From the NCBI RefSeq assembly GCF_963921235.1, contig NC_086097.1, positions 223,822,001 to 223,886,000 of the forward strand: a stretch of 64,000 nt of DNA. Direction: 5' to 3'. The position numbers were made by a program, and so were the translations under genes. This document shows, piece by piece, positions 25,240 to 36,480 of the stretch; the first letter of the stretch is position 1; each line of letters starts with the position of its first letter. This stretch comes from Mobula hypostoma (Eukaryota). The notes beneath the pieces were generated by a model. It saw only the letters and a program-made list of their open reading frames with translations, ran no database searches and had not been told where the DNA came from.

Positions 25240-25690
25240 TCATGGAACACTATAGCACAGAAAAAGATCATCTTTTCTGCACCAAACTATTATTTTGATA
25301 GTCCCATTAACCTGCACCTGGACCATAGCCCTCCATATCCCTCCCATCCATGTACTTATCCAAACTTCTCTTGAAATCGAACCTACATGCACAACTTCAA
25401 CTGGCAGCTCAATCCACCCGCTCACCACTCTTTTGAGTGAAGAAATTCCCCTCATCTTGCTCTTAAACATTTCAAAGTTCACCCTTAAGCTATGATGTCT
25501 CGTTCCAGTCAGCAGAAAAAGCCTGCTTGCATTTACCCTGTAATAATTTTGTATACCTCTATCAAATCTCCCCTCATTCTCCTATGCTCCAGGGAATTAA
25601 GTCCTAACCAATTTGACCTTTCCCTATAACTCAGGCCCTCAGGTCCCAGCAGGAGCCTTGTAAAATTTCTCTGAACTCTTTCAGTCTTGG
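25240..25690 (-). mobile_element. CR1 3' fragment, degraded
   Basis: ORF 25240-25482 (RVV..W.ELP.EVV). Confidence 0.8.
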
Positions 25691-25865
25691 AGCTGATCCT
25701 GGAGATGTTTCAGTGGGGATCCGATCATACTTCTTATTTATCCTTATTTATTTAGAGATACAGTAGGGTAACAGGCCCTTCTGGCCCAGTGAGCCCACGA
25801 CGCCCAGTTGCCCAGTTACACCCATGTAACTTACCTGTATGTCTCTGGAATGTGGGAGGAAACTG

Positions 25866-25871
25866 GAGGGA

Positions 25872-25903
<32 letters not shown>

Positions 25904-26601
25904 AAGAGAAAGAAAGAATGAGAATCCTGATTGGTCTCTCTTTGTGCTAAGTCGACCTATCAGTTTTCTTTGTGGGCGGGCTTTACAGTCGACCTCTCTC
26001 TCTCTTTTATTGTTCATCAGTTCAGTTTAGTGTCCTGCAGCGCCATGGCAGAGTGTTCCAAAAAAAGAAAATATTAAATGTACATCACCCCAGACTACAC
26101 TAAAGTGTACCCCCGCCTGATAGGGGTCAAAAATAATGGCAGTGTTGCTTGCTGCACTGTTTGCAACAGTGACTTTTCTATTGGGTTAAATGACTGTAAA
26201 AGACATGTTGAGGTGAGTCCTGGATTATGTGTCAACTAACCTTGAAGGACCAGTGCCAAACTACGAAAGTTTGCCAGTTGATGAGTTCTGGGGGAAGCTG
26301 TACAAAGTAAAATCTGTGAGCACGGGGCAGTTGAGATTCAAAGAGCTCTGCCAGTTGGTGAAGCTGCTTTTGGTGCTGCCAAATTCTAATTGTGATGTAG
26401 AAAGGGCATTCTGCATGGTGCGTCACGATAAGACAGAATTCAGAAGTCAGCTGTTTCACAAAACACTTGTGAATCTGACGTCTTGCAAAATTAACAAATT
26501 CATTGACACAGACTGCTATGAGTTTGAGACTTCCGGTTGAAACCTCCCTGAAATGAGGTTGAGACCTCCCTGAAATGAGTTTTTGCAAGGTGAGATGTCT
26601 G
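25866..26601 (+). mobile_element. Internally deleted hAT-superfamily DNA transposon
   Basis: BED-finger-like MAECSKKRKY..ACCTVCNSDFSI..DCKRH from 26045; hAT C-terminal dimerisation motif FW..LLLVLPNSNCDVERAF (ORF 26229-26540). Confidence 0.85.
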
Positions 26602-27432
26602 TGGAAGGGCCTGTTACTGTTAAAAATAAATAATAAAAAAACAAAATACTGAAAAACTGACAGGGTCAGGCAGCTTCTATGGAAGGAGATATTGTTAGCA
26701 TGTCAGCCTGAAGCCCCTGCATCAGAACTCTAATTTACTCACAATATTTCTCATTTGAAATAAATAAAGCACATTTAACTGCACCATATTCCCTTAGTAC
26801 CTCATTAGAGTGTCAGGCTAGATTATTATTTCTGACTCACAAGTGACAACGCTGACAGTATTGGAAGATTGGTGAGAAAACTGGAAACAACTCGTAGGTT
26901 GAATCTTGTGGATTCAAAATATATTCATTAGGTGACAATTCTTATGTGTGGTTAATTCAGTGCTGATGCAGGAAGGATTTTATTTTGATGAAAATGCGTG
27001 CTGCCAACAAAAATGTGAAAACTGGCAGTAATGTCAGATTGAACTAACCTTCAGTTAACCCACAGCGATATTTCAATTTACTGCGCACTAAATGTGGTTT
27101 CATATTTCATAGGAATAAATAAGCCCTGTCTAGAATCTCTGTCAAACCTTATCAGTCACAGGCACATTTTGTTTTTGACTTGTTTATTTTCCCGCCTTTG
27201 TACAAACTTGAGGATTGGCTTTAGTCACTGTTGCATTTACCCACTTCGGTATCTTTTGCTGAAACTACAGTTTCTTTCCTGTTGATTCCTCTTCTGAGGG
27301 TTATATTCAGGTGGATGATGTTGATGCTGCTTTCTGGGTTTAGCCACTGGAAAATGAGCTGGATTCTACCTTCACCTTAATGCAACAGGTCATACCTCCC
27401 AGCAGGGGGCACTGGATCTTCATTGACTCCAT

Positions 27433-27690
27433 AACAAGAGAAAATCTGCAGATGCTGCAAATCCAAGCACAACACACAAAGTGTTGGGGGAACTTAGCAG
27501 GCCAGGCAGCATCTATGGAAAGGAGTACAGTTGATGGTTTGGGCCTAGACCCTTTATCAAGACAGGAGGAGTCTCTGACTCCTCATCGTTTTTTTTCTCT
27601 GGTCTTGATGAAGGGTCTTGGCCCGAAACGTCGACTGTACTTTTTTCCATAAATGCTGCCGTGCCTGCTGAGTTCCTCCAGCATCTTGAT
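27433..27690. mobile_element. Fold-back Penelope-derived insertion with two opposed degenerate hammerheads
   Basis: Inverted arms; plus-strand copy GGTC-TTGATGA..GAAA-CGTC-GACT at 27601-27636. Confidence 0.85.
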
Positions 27691-27879
27691 TCATTGACCC
27701 CAGCTGGTATTCCTGGAGCTTCATATTGTTGCCCTGGACAAGATCACCTGTCTTAACAGAATTTAGTAACCAGACGTAGAACCTTTTGGTCTATTAGGCA
27801 GTGCTATTCTATTATTGAAAAGTATCTCATGAGGAGCTGTAGGTGGAACTTTTTTGATAGTCCTCCTGTTGAGGATGTG

Positions 27880-28062
27880 ATCCCCAGATCCTTCCTCAGG
27901 TGGAGAAGTCCCTGACGACACTGGAGTGTGTGAAGCTGGTCTGTCCATCCAGTGTTCATGTAGGGCTGCTGGATGGACTCTGGTCTTTCAACACTATCCC
28001 GAATACTCCTCCTCCATTTTGAATGGTCATTGGCCAGCGGTTTCCAAGTTGGGCAGGGGGAT
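27880..28062 (-). mobile_element. RTE-clade LINE, C-terminal fragment
   Basis: TWKPLANDHSKWRRSIRDSVE resembles the W..LA.DR..WR motif at RTE C-termini. Confidence 0.6.
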
Positions 28063-28954
28063 ACAGGAAGTGAAAATTTTAAACACCAGGGATTCAACAG
28101 GTACTCAGAATCTTGGGCAACACACACGAGATGCTGGAGGAATTCAGCAAGTCGGGCAGCATCTACAGAGGGGAATAAACAGTTCACTTTTCATGCTGAC
28201 ATGCTCCCTCAAGGCTGGAAGAGAAAAGGGCTGAAGCCAGGATAAGAAGCTGGTGGGAAGAGAAGGAACACAGGGGGGTAATTAAGATAGGTGGAAGAGA
28301 TAAAAGGCTGAAGAAGAAAGAATCTAATGATAGTGGATCATGGAAAAAAGGAAAGGATATTAGATTTCCATCATTGTCAATAAAAACAGAAAATGCAGGA
28401 AGTATTCAGGAGGTCAGGTAGCAGTTGCGGAAAAAGAAACAGAATTAATGTTTCCAGATGAAGATCCTGGCAAAACGTCTTCTGCCTGAAACATTCACTG
28501 TGTTTTGCTTTCCACAGATGTTGTCTGATCTGTTGACTCTTTCCAGGGTTTGAATTGTTTCTTTGCCAGCCCCTGCTGTGAATGTACTTGGAGGAAGCAG
28601 AGACTCTGATGTTGGAAACATGAGAGATTGCAGTTGCTGAAATCGGGAACAAGAAATCGAGCTGCTGAAGGAACTCATTAGGTCTATCAACATCTGTAGA
28701 GGGGAAATAGATAATCAGTGTTTCAAGTCAAGAGACTTCACCAGGAATGAAAGAGTTGAGGGTAGATAGCTGGTAGAAAGAGATGAGGAGGAGGGGAGGG
28801 GCAAGAGGTGGGAATTGAGAGCCAGATCAAGATTGACAGATGAAATCAGGTGGGGGATGGAAAAGGGAAAGAAGGTGGGAGGTGATAGATAGCTCCTCAT
28901 ATCCCCCCTGGGTAGTCCACAACTGAATGGTAATGAGTATTGAATTTTACAATT

Positions 28955-29240
28955 TATTTATGGAGATACAACATGGAGTAGACCCTTCTGGCCCTTCGAG
29001 CTACGGCACACAGCAACCCACAGATTTAATCCTAGCCAAATCATGGGACAGTTTACGGTGACCAATTAACCTGCTGACCAGTACGTCTTTGAACTGTGGG
29101 AGCAAACCGGAGCACCCGGAAGAAACCCATGTGGTGACGGGGAGAGCGTTCAAACTCCTTACAGGCAGCAGCGGGAATTGAACCCAGGCTGCCTGTACTG
29201 CAAAGCGTTGTGCTAACCACCACGCTACTGTGCTGCCCCA
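28955..29240 (-). mobile_element. tRNA-derived SINE (V-SINE/HE1-like)
   Basis: A box TAGCGTGGTGG, B box GGTTCAATTCC, central TGGGTTTCTTCCGGGTGCTCCGGTTT domain, LINE-like tail. Confidence 0.88.
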
Positions 29241-30241
29241 TTGCCCCTCTGTCCTTTTCTTTCTGCTTCAGGAACAGCTTCTTCCCCTCTGCCATCCCAT
29301 TCCTAAATGAACATTGAATCTTTGGACACTACCTCACTTTTTAAAAAAATATACATTATTTCTGTTTTTGCACATTTTTTAATCTATTCAATACACGTAA
29401 TTGATTTACTTGTATATTTATTATTTTTTTTTAATTTATTTTTTTTCTCTGCTAGATTATGTATTGCATTGAACTGCTGATGCTAAGTTAACAAATCTTA
29501 CGTCACATGCTGGTGATAATAAACCTGATTCTGATGTGAAGCAGGTGTAAACCATATTTCAGTGAGTCATAGCACACAACGGTCCCTTTGTTCTTGTCGA
29601 TAGGTCAGTAATTAATACAAAATTGAATCCAAAGAGGAGTCACACCAAATTGCTAAGAAAAAGCAGCAAGCCTGAGGATTTGAAGAAATTTGGAATGTGG
29701 CAAAAAAAAAGCACCAGGAGACCAATGGAGAGAGCAAAATGAGGGGATGACAGTAAACTTGTAGGCAACATGTTTCTGCCCTTGTTTAACTCAATGACAC
29801 GATGCCTCTCTTTCTATGTTTTGAATGAAGGAACCTTACATAATGTATCTGAGTTTGTCACAATTTGATACTGGGTGGGATTGTAAAGAATCAGAATCAG
29901 GTTTATTATCAACGGCGTGTGATCAACTGGGCAAACACGTGGCAAGTGTAGTATAAAGATTAGCTTTATTTGTCACAGGTACATCAAAACATAAAATGAA
30001 ATGTGTCCGTTTGTGTCAAATCAAATCAGTGAGGATTGTGCGGGGCAGCCCGCAAGTGTCGCCACTCTTCTGGTGCCAGCAAAGCATACCAACTACTCAC
30101 TAACCCTAACCGTTAAACCTTTGGACTGTGGGAGGAAACCAGAGCAGCCAGAGGAAACCCACACGGTCACGGGGAGATCACACAAACACGCTACAGACAG
30201 TGGTGGAAATCGAGCCCCAATCTGATGGCTGGTGCACTGAA

Positions 30242-32728
30242 CGACACAGATGTGCAGTTGTGGCCCCAGTGCCGAGAGACGGAGGCTGAAGTGGATCACC
30301 AGTTCACTGACTTTTAATAGGAACTGTGCAGAAATAAAGGAAAAACAATACACGCTAAGCCAACAGTATCGTTAACTAGAACCCTCAAACCAAAGCTAAC
30401 CCCAAGCAGTGGCTCGGCAGTAGTAGCTTAATAATAAATAAATAGCGCCAGTCTAAATGGTATTCTTCTTTCCCTGAAAGCAGGGAGTGTTGAGGTTGCA
30501 TTGGTTTTGGTCAAGTGTCAACACTTGACCAAAACTGAAACAAGAGGAAGGGAGTTAAATACCACCACTCTGAAACACTAATTATCTGGACCATGCGTAC
30601 CCATTCTGCAGCTCGCCTGTTACGGAAGTACAGACTCTGCGGCAGAGTCCATGGTTGTGACAGGGCACCCCTCCCTAGGCGCAGCTCTCGAGGCGCCAGA
30701 GACCTGTGCATGCTGGAAGTCCCAGATGAGAGATTTGTCCAGGATGTCGTGGGCCAGAACCCAAGAATGTTCCTTAGGGTCATACCCCTCCTAATCCATG
30801 AGATACTGGACCCTGCCCCGCACCTAATGAGATGCCAGGAGGCATCGCACCCAAAAGAGCAGGCACGTTGACATCGATACTTTCTCTTAATTGCTGAGTC
30901 AGAACTCCCCATTTTTGAGCCATAAGGTTCCTGGTTGCCCGGAGTCAATAAATGCCTGATGTTCATGGGTCTGAGAACCCCACAACAAGGAAGCTGGGAG
31001 CATCACACATTTATGGGAAGATCTTGCAGGGAGAACCAACCAGTCAGAACTCCCCTTCCTGCTGACAGGTTTCCTCTTTCACTGAATGTTTGAAGCATGA
31101 AGCCTGAAAGTGTTCTGAGTCACCACAAGAGAGGCAGGAACCCGTTCTTCTGTGCCGATCTCGTTGCTCCTGAGATAGGTACATGCACCACACCTGCACA
31201 GGCTCCTCTGCAGACTGTGCACTGGCTGATGTGGGAGAGGGCACAGACAAACAGTGTTCTAGGGAGCAGGTAGCTCAGGGCACTCTTTCTTTGTGCCACT
31301 CAGTAGCCCAGTTGTCAGTTCGAATGGCCGGATTTATCAGGTCATCCTGGCTGTCCTGCTTGTCATGTGCTGCAATTTCGTACTGGAACCCCATGCTCAG
31401 TCTCCGCTGGAAAGCAGTAATGAACGACCTCTCAATCCACCCCATCTCCACCACAAGCACGTGAAACTTTTCTATGTAGCTTCTTAATGTCCCTCTACAT
31501 TCGCACAGATCCAGGATTTGGTGAGCAGCCTCCTGGAAGATCAAAAACTCTCTTGCACTTGACAACAAATTGCTGAAATGACTGGGCTGCAGGGGAGCCA
31601 AGTTTCCATGGAGCGTTGAACAGGCTGGGTGGAAATCCATTTAAGAGATTCAACATGTACTCCAGCTTGCGCACACCATCAGCAAACCAACCTGGCTGGG
31701 CTTGGGAAGTCAGCTCATACTGGGTAAAAAAAAATTCCTGCACCGGAATATCTGCCTGGTGGAGGAATATTCGGTTCTGGTCCTGACGCATTAGGGAGTT
31801 AGGGCAATAGTCACTGAGGTTGATGGGGCTGTTGAAGAAGAGGACCTGGAAGATGCTGATACCTGCAGCTGAGAGAATGGCAGTGGTTGTCACCTGATTC
31901 TGGGTGTCTGTAGTACAGTAAGCTGTTGAACCACAGCTGTGGAGCAGTAATTATTGCCACCTCATTCCAGCTGTCTGTTACTGAACCATCGCTGTGATGG
32001 CTGACACCTTTTATTCCACCTGTGACTGTGCTCACTTCTCTGAAAGTAGCTGTTGCACTGCGTTAGGGACACCAGCCAATCCAGCTTCTACTGATTTCAG
32101 TTTCTCCTCCACGAACTTTGGTTTGAACTGGGCTTGTCGTTCTGAAAGTATGTTCCACTGCTTGAGTCGCTTCTCCAAGTGCATCTTCAACTGACTGTAA
32201 CTTCTCTCCTTTCTGACCAATGAATGTCCGAGCCAAGGTCAGCTGTCCTCTCTCTGCTGGGTCCATTTTCTTGGTTGAGACTTGCTGACATGGACATACG
32301 GTTATGGCCCAAATAGGCCGGGGGGGGGGTGGGGGAGAGAGAGAGAGAGTTGTCAATGGTTCACTGACTTTTAATAGGAACCATGCAGAAATAAAGTAAA
32401 AGAACAATAAATACTAGGCCAACAGGGCCATTAACTAGAACCGTCAAACTAAAGCTAACGCCGATACAGCAGCTCGGCAGTGGTAGCTTAATACTAAATA
32501 GATACTGCTCCTTAACAGTGTCCATCTAAACGGTATTCCTCTTTCCCGGAAACAGGACAACAGTAAGCAGGGAGCGTTGACATTGCTCTGCTTTTGGTCA
32601 AGTTGCGACAAGACTGAAATGAGAGGAAGGGAGTTAAATGAAACACGAATTGGCTGGAACGTGCATACTCACGAGCGTGGTTGTCGAACCCGTTCGGTGC
32701 ACCCCATGGCAGAGTCCTGGCTGTAACG
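30242..32728 (-). mobile_element. Pol-less chromovirus (sushi-like Gypsy) derivative inserted in a SINE
   Basis: Two homologous LTRs (about 32286-32728 and 30242-30662); gag from MDPAERG with CLSCGDSEHFQASC knuckle; chromodomain remnant VQYLMD*EGYDPKEHSWV..DILD; purine tract; flanks CTGAA/CTGTA. Confidence 0.88.
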
Positions 32729-33034
32729 CTGTAAAGGGTTGTGCTAGCTGCTAAGCTACCATACTGCCCCTTGGGCAAGGGTCGCAGAAAGCAATGGATG
32801 GAATGGGATTGCAGACTGGCCTCCATATCACCACCACCAACAGCAGCAACCAGAGAAATGGGTGTTGTTGTGAGGTTTGCAGGGTGTTGTACTGGTGTAG
32901 TAAGTATATGGCACCTTTAATGACTATTGAGTAGATAGATCCTGGCATCAACCAAAGAATGATACTCAGTTGACATCAATACTATCATTCTAAGCCCAAC
33001 CTCCAGTCTGCACTCTCATTTCACTTCCACAGTT

Positions 33035-33345
33035 GATAACTTTAAATTCATGGGTGTCGCTATCACAGGGTAATTGTCCTGGACCCATCATATAAATATT
33101 ATTGCAAAGAAACAGTGCCTTTACTTCCTGAGGAGTCTGCAGAGATTTGGTATGTCATCAAAAACTTTGGCAAACTTCTATAGATGTGTGGTGGAAACTG
33201 TGCTGACTGGTTACATTACGGCCTGGTACGGGAACACCAATGTCTACAAAAGGTAGTGGATTCGGCCCAGTATATCACAGGTAAAACCCTCCCAACCACT
33301 GAGCACATCTACACATAACATTGCCGCAGAAAAGCAGCATGAATC
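33035..33345 (+). mobile_element. Rex1/Babar RT C-terminal fragment
   Basis: LYFLRSLQRFGMSSKTLANFYRCVVE.VLTG.ITAWYG. Confidence 0.85.
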
Positions 33346-33810
33346 ACTGACTGACATGTCAGGATGGGAATGGGAATTGGAATTGGAATTAAAATGTTTG
33401 GCTACTGGGAAGTTCCGGTTGTGGCAGATGGAGTGGAGGTGCTTCCTGCTGCTGGATTACGCATTTGTGTTGGCTTTTGCTGAAGCTCCAGTTGTTTTGA
33501 GTGCTTTTCTGCACTTGTTGAAAGTTTTAATGTTCCCCAGGGCTTGTTCTGGCTTGTACTTAAGTACTTCTCTGGTAAATTGAAATCATTGCACAAAGCA
33601 ACTGCTTCCAGACACAACTGGCTTAACAAGGTATTAATGTACAGGGAGAGTAATCTTAAGGGAGGAAGAGACAGAGGGGGCCTTATCTTTGGAGGTTTTT
33701 GAACCATTTCAGTTGGAAAACATTCTTTAAGTTTTATTTACTTTTCAAGATGCTGACCAGCATTTATCACCCATTCTCAATTGCTCTTGCATTGGGTAGC
33801 TGCTTCCTCT

Positions 33811-34352
33811 GGGCGACACTGTAGAGTAGCAGTTAACACATTACTTTACAGCACTGGCGATCACTGATCGGGGTTCAATTCACACTGCCGCCTGGAAGGA
33901 GCTTGTACGTTCTCCCTGTGACTGAGTGGGTTTCCTCCGGTGCTCTGGTTTACACCCACATTCCAGCGCTGTACGTTTAGGGTTAGTGAGTAGTGGGTGT
34001 GCTATGTGGTACCAGAAGCCTGGCAATATCTTTGGGTTACACACATAAAAGTTGCTGGTGAACACAGCAGGCCAGGCAGCAGCTATAGGAAGAGGTACAG
34101 TCGACGGTTCGGGCCTGACGAAGGGTCCCGGCCCGAAATGTCGACTGTACCTCTTCCTGTAGATGCTGCCTGGCCCGCTGAATTCACCAGCAATTTTTAT
34201 GTGTGTTGCTTGAAATTCCAGCAACTGCAGATTTCCTGGTGTTAACATCTTTTCACAGAACAGAACAATTCTTGCTGATTTGAGTTAACGTAAATGACGC
34301 ATTTTACTGTACGTTTCAATGTGCATGTGACAAATAAAACTAATCTTTAATC
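33811..34352 (+). mobile_element. tRNA-derived SINE interrupted by a Penelope fold-back
   Basis: B box GGTTCAATTC; TGGGTTTCCTCCGG domain; tail GTGACAAATAAAAC. Confidence 0.8.
34039..34240. mobile_element. Palindromic Penelope-derived insertion centred on a hammerhead (core 34115-34146)
   Basis: About 75-nt inverted arms around CTGACGA-AGGGTCCCGGCCC-GAAA-TGTC-GACT. Confidence 0.92.
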
Positions 34353-34544
34353 TTCTTTCCTGGGTACCGCTGTGGGTCTGGATTCACAGAGAAATAAGAG
34401 TATTGGTGAAGCTGACGTTTTGAACCACAATCTGATGATTCATATTAAACAACCAGTTTATTTATAGAATTTAAATTCAACAGCTGCATTGCTTTCTGGA
34501 AGAGTAGTTCAATACCTTATCTGCACCACCACAATTCAATGCAG

Positions 34545-35351
34545 TATTTGTGAGGGCAAGTGTGAGGTGTTGCAATCACAGAGGGATCTTGAGGTTCAAG
34601 TTCACAGCACCCTGAAAGTGGGGGCACAAGTTGATAGGGTGCTAAAGATAACATATGACACGCTTGCCTTTATTTATTGACATCCTGAGCTCAGGAGTCA
34701 GGAAGCTTTTTTATTCAACTTTATAAATCTCCGGTGAGGCTGCTTCTGAAGTAATTACAGTGAATTAGGGTCACTATATTATTGGAAGGATGTGGAGATT
34801 TACCAGGAGGCTGCCTGGATTAGCGCTATCAGGAGAGGTTTGACAAACCTGAGTGGTTTACTCTGGAGCAGTGGAGGCTGAGGGGAGATGCAATAGTATT
34901 ATGAGCATTGAGAGACTGCCGGTATCTTTTTCCCCAGGGTCGAAATATCTTATACTAGGGGGCATTTATTTATGGTGAGAGGGGGAAAAGCTGAAAGGAG
35001 AAGAGTGGAACAAGTTTTTCACAAAGTGAGTGGTGGGTACCTGGAATGCACTGCCAGGAGAAGGCAGATAGAGAGTCACGGAGTACTAAAACTCAGAAAC
35101 AGGCCCTTCGGTCCATCTAATCTGTGCTACCTGGTACCATCGTCCTACACCTGGAGCATAGCCCTCCATACCCTTCCCATCCGTGTACTTACCTAAACTT
35201 CTCTTAAATGGTATGAGAGAGATGTTTATAAGGGTCTTAGAAAGGCACATGAACCTGCAGAGAATGGCGGAATATAAACGATACACAGGCAGAAAGGATT
35301 CGTTAAATTAACTTAATTAATTAGGTCATTAGCTTAATTTGTTCAGCACAA
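34545..35351 (+). mobile_element. Decayed CR1 3' fragment (tail resumes at about 36481)
   Basis: QRDLEVQVHSTLKV..QVDRV. Confidence 0.8.
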
Positions 35352-36480
35352 TATAACCATATAACAATATAACAATTACAGCACGGAAACAGGCCATCTC
35401 GGCCCTTCTAGTCCGTGCCGAATTCTTACCCTATCCTATTCCCACCGACCTGCACTCAGCCCATAACCTTCCATTCCTTTCCTGTCCATGTAGCTATCCA
35501 ATTTAACTTTAAACGACAACATCGAACCTGCCTCAACCACTTCTGCTGGAAGCTCGTTCCACACAGCCACCACTCTCTGAGTAAAGAAGTTCCCCCTCAT
35601 GTTACCCCTAAACTTTTGTCCTCTAATTCTCAACCCATACCCTCTTGTTTGAATCTTCCCCACTCTCAATGGAAAAAGTCTATCCATGTCAACTCTATCA
35701 ATCCCCCTCATAATTTTAAACACCTCTATCAAGTCCCCCCTCAACCTTCTACGCTCCAAAGAATAAAGACCTAACTTATTCAACCTTTCTCTGTAACTTA
35801 GGAGATGAAACCCAGGCAACATTTTAGTAAACCTCCTCTGTACTATCTCAATTTTATTGACATCCTTCCTATAATTCGGTGACCAGAACTGTACACAATA
35901 CTCCAGATTTGGCCTTACCAATGCCTTATACAATTTCAACATTACACCCCAACTCCTATACTCAATGCTCCGATTAATCAAGGCCAGCAAACCAAAAGCT
36001 TTCTTCACCACCCTATCCACATGAGATTCCATCTTCAGGGAACTATGCACCATTATTCCTAGATGCCTCTGTTCTAAAGCATTCTTCAATGCCCTACCAT
36101 TTACCATGTATATCCTATTTTGATTCGTTCTACCAAAATGTAGCAACTCACATTTTTCAGCATTAAACTTCATCTGCCATCTTTCAGCCCACTCTTCTAA
36201 CTGTCCTAAATCTCTCTGCAAGTTTTGAAAACCTACCTCATCATCCACAACACCACCTATCTTAGTATCATCTGCATACTTACTAATCCAATTTACCACC
36301 CCATCATCTAGATCATTAATATATATTACAAACAATACTGGACCCAGTACAGATCCCTGAGGCACGCTGCTACACACCGTCCTCCAATCTGACACACAGT
36401 TATCCACCACTACTCTCTGGCGTCTCCCATCTAGCCACTGCTGAATCCATTTTACTACTTCCATATTAATGCCCAATGAT
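35352..36480 (-). mobile_element. Young 5'-truncated CR1 with an open RT C-terminal frame
   Basis: ORF 35436-36647: [22 protein letters not shown] and RPNLEYC with no stops; (ATATGGTT)-type tail. Confidence 0.95.

Noticed and set aside
28955..29240. tRNA gene
   Set aside because: A and B boxes run into a SINE body and tail, and related copies are dispersed through the window.
31044..32270. Domesticated PEG10/RTL-like gene
   Set aside because: The gag is frameshifted and still flanked by two LTRs.
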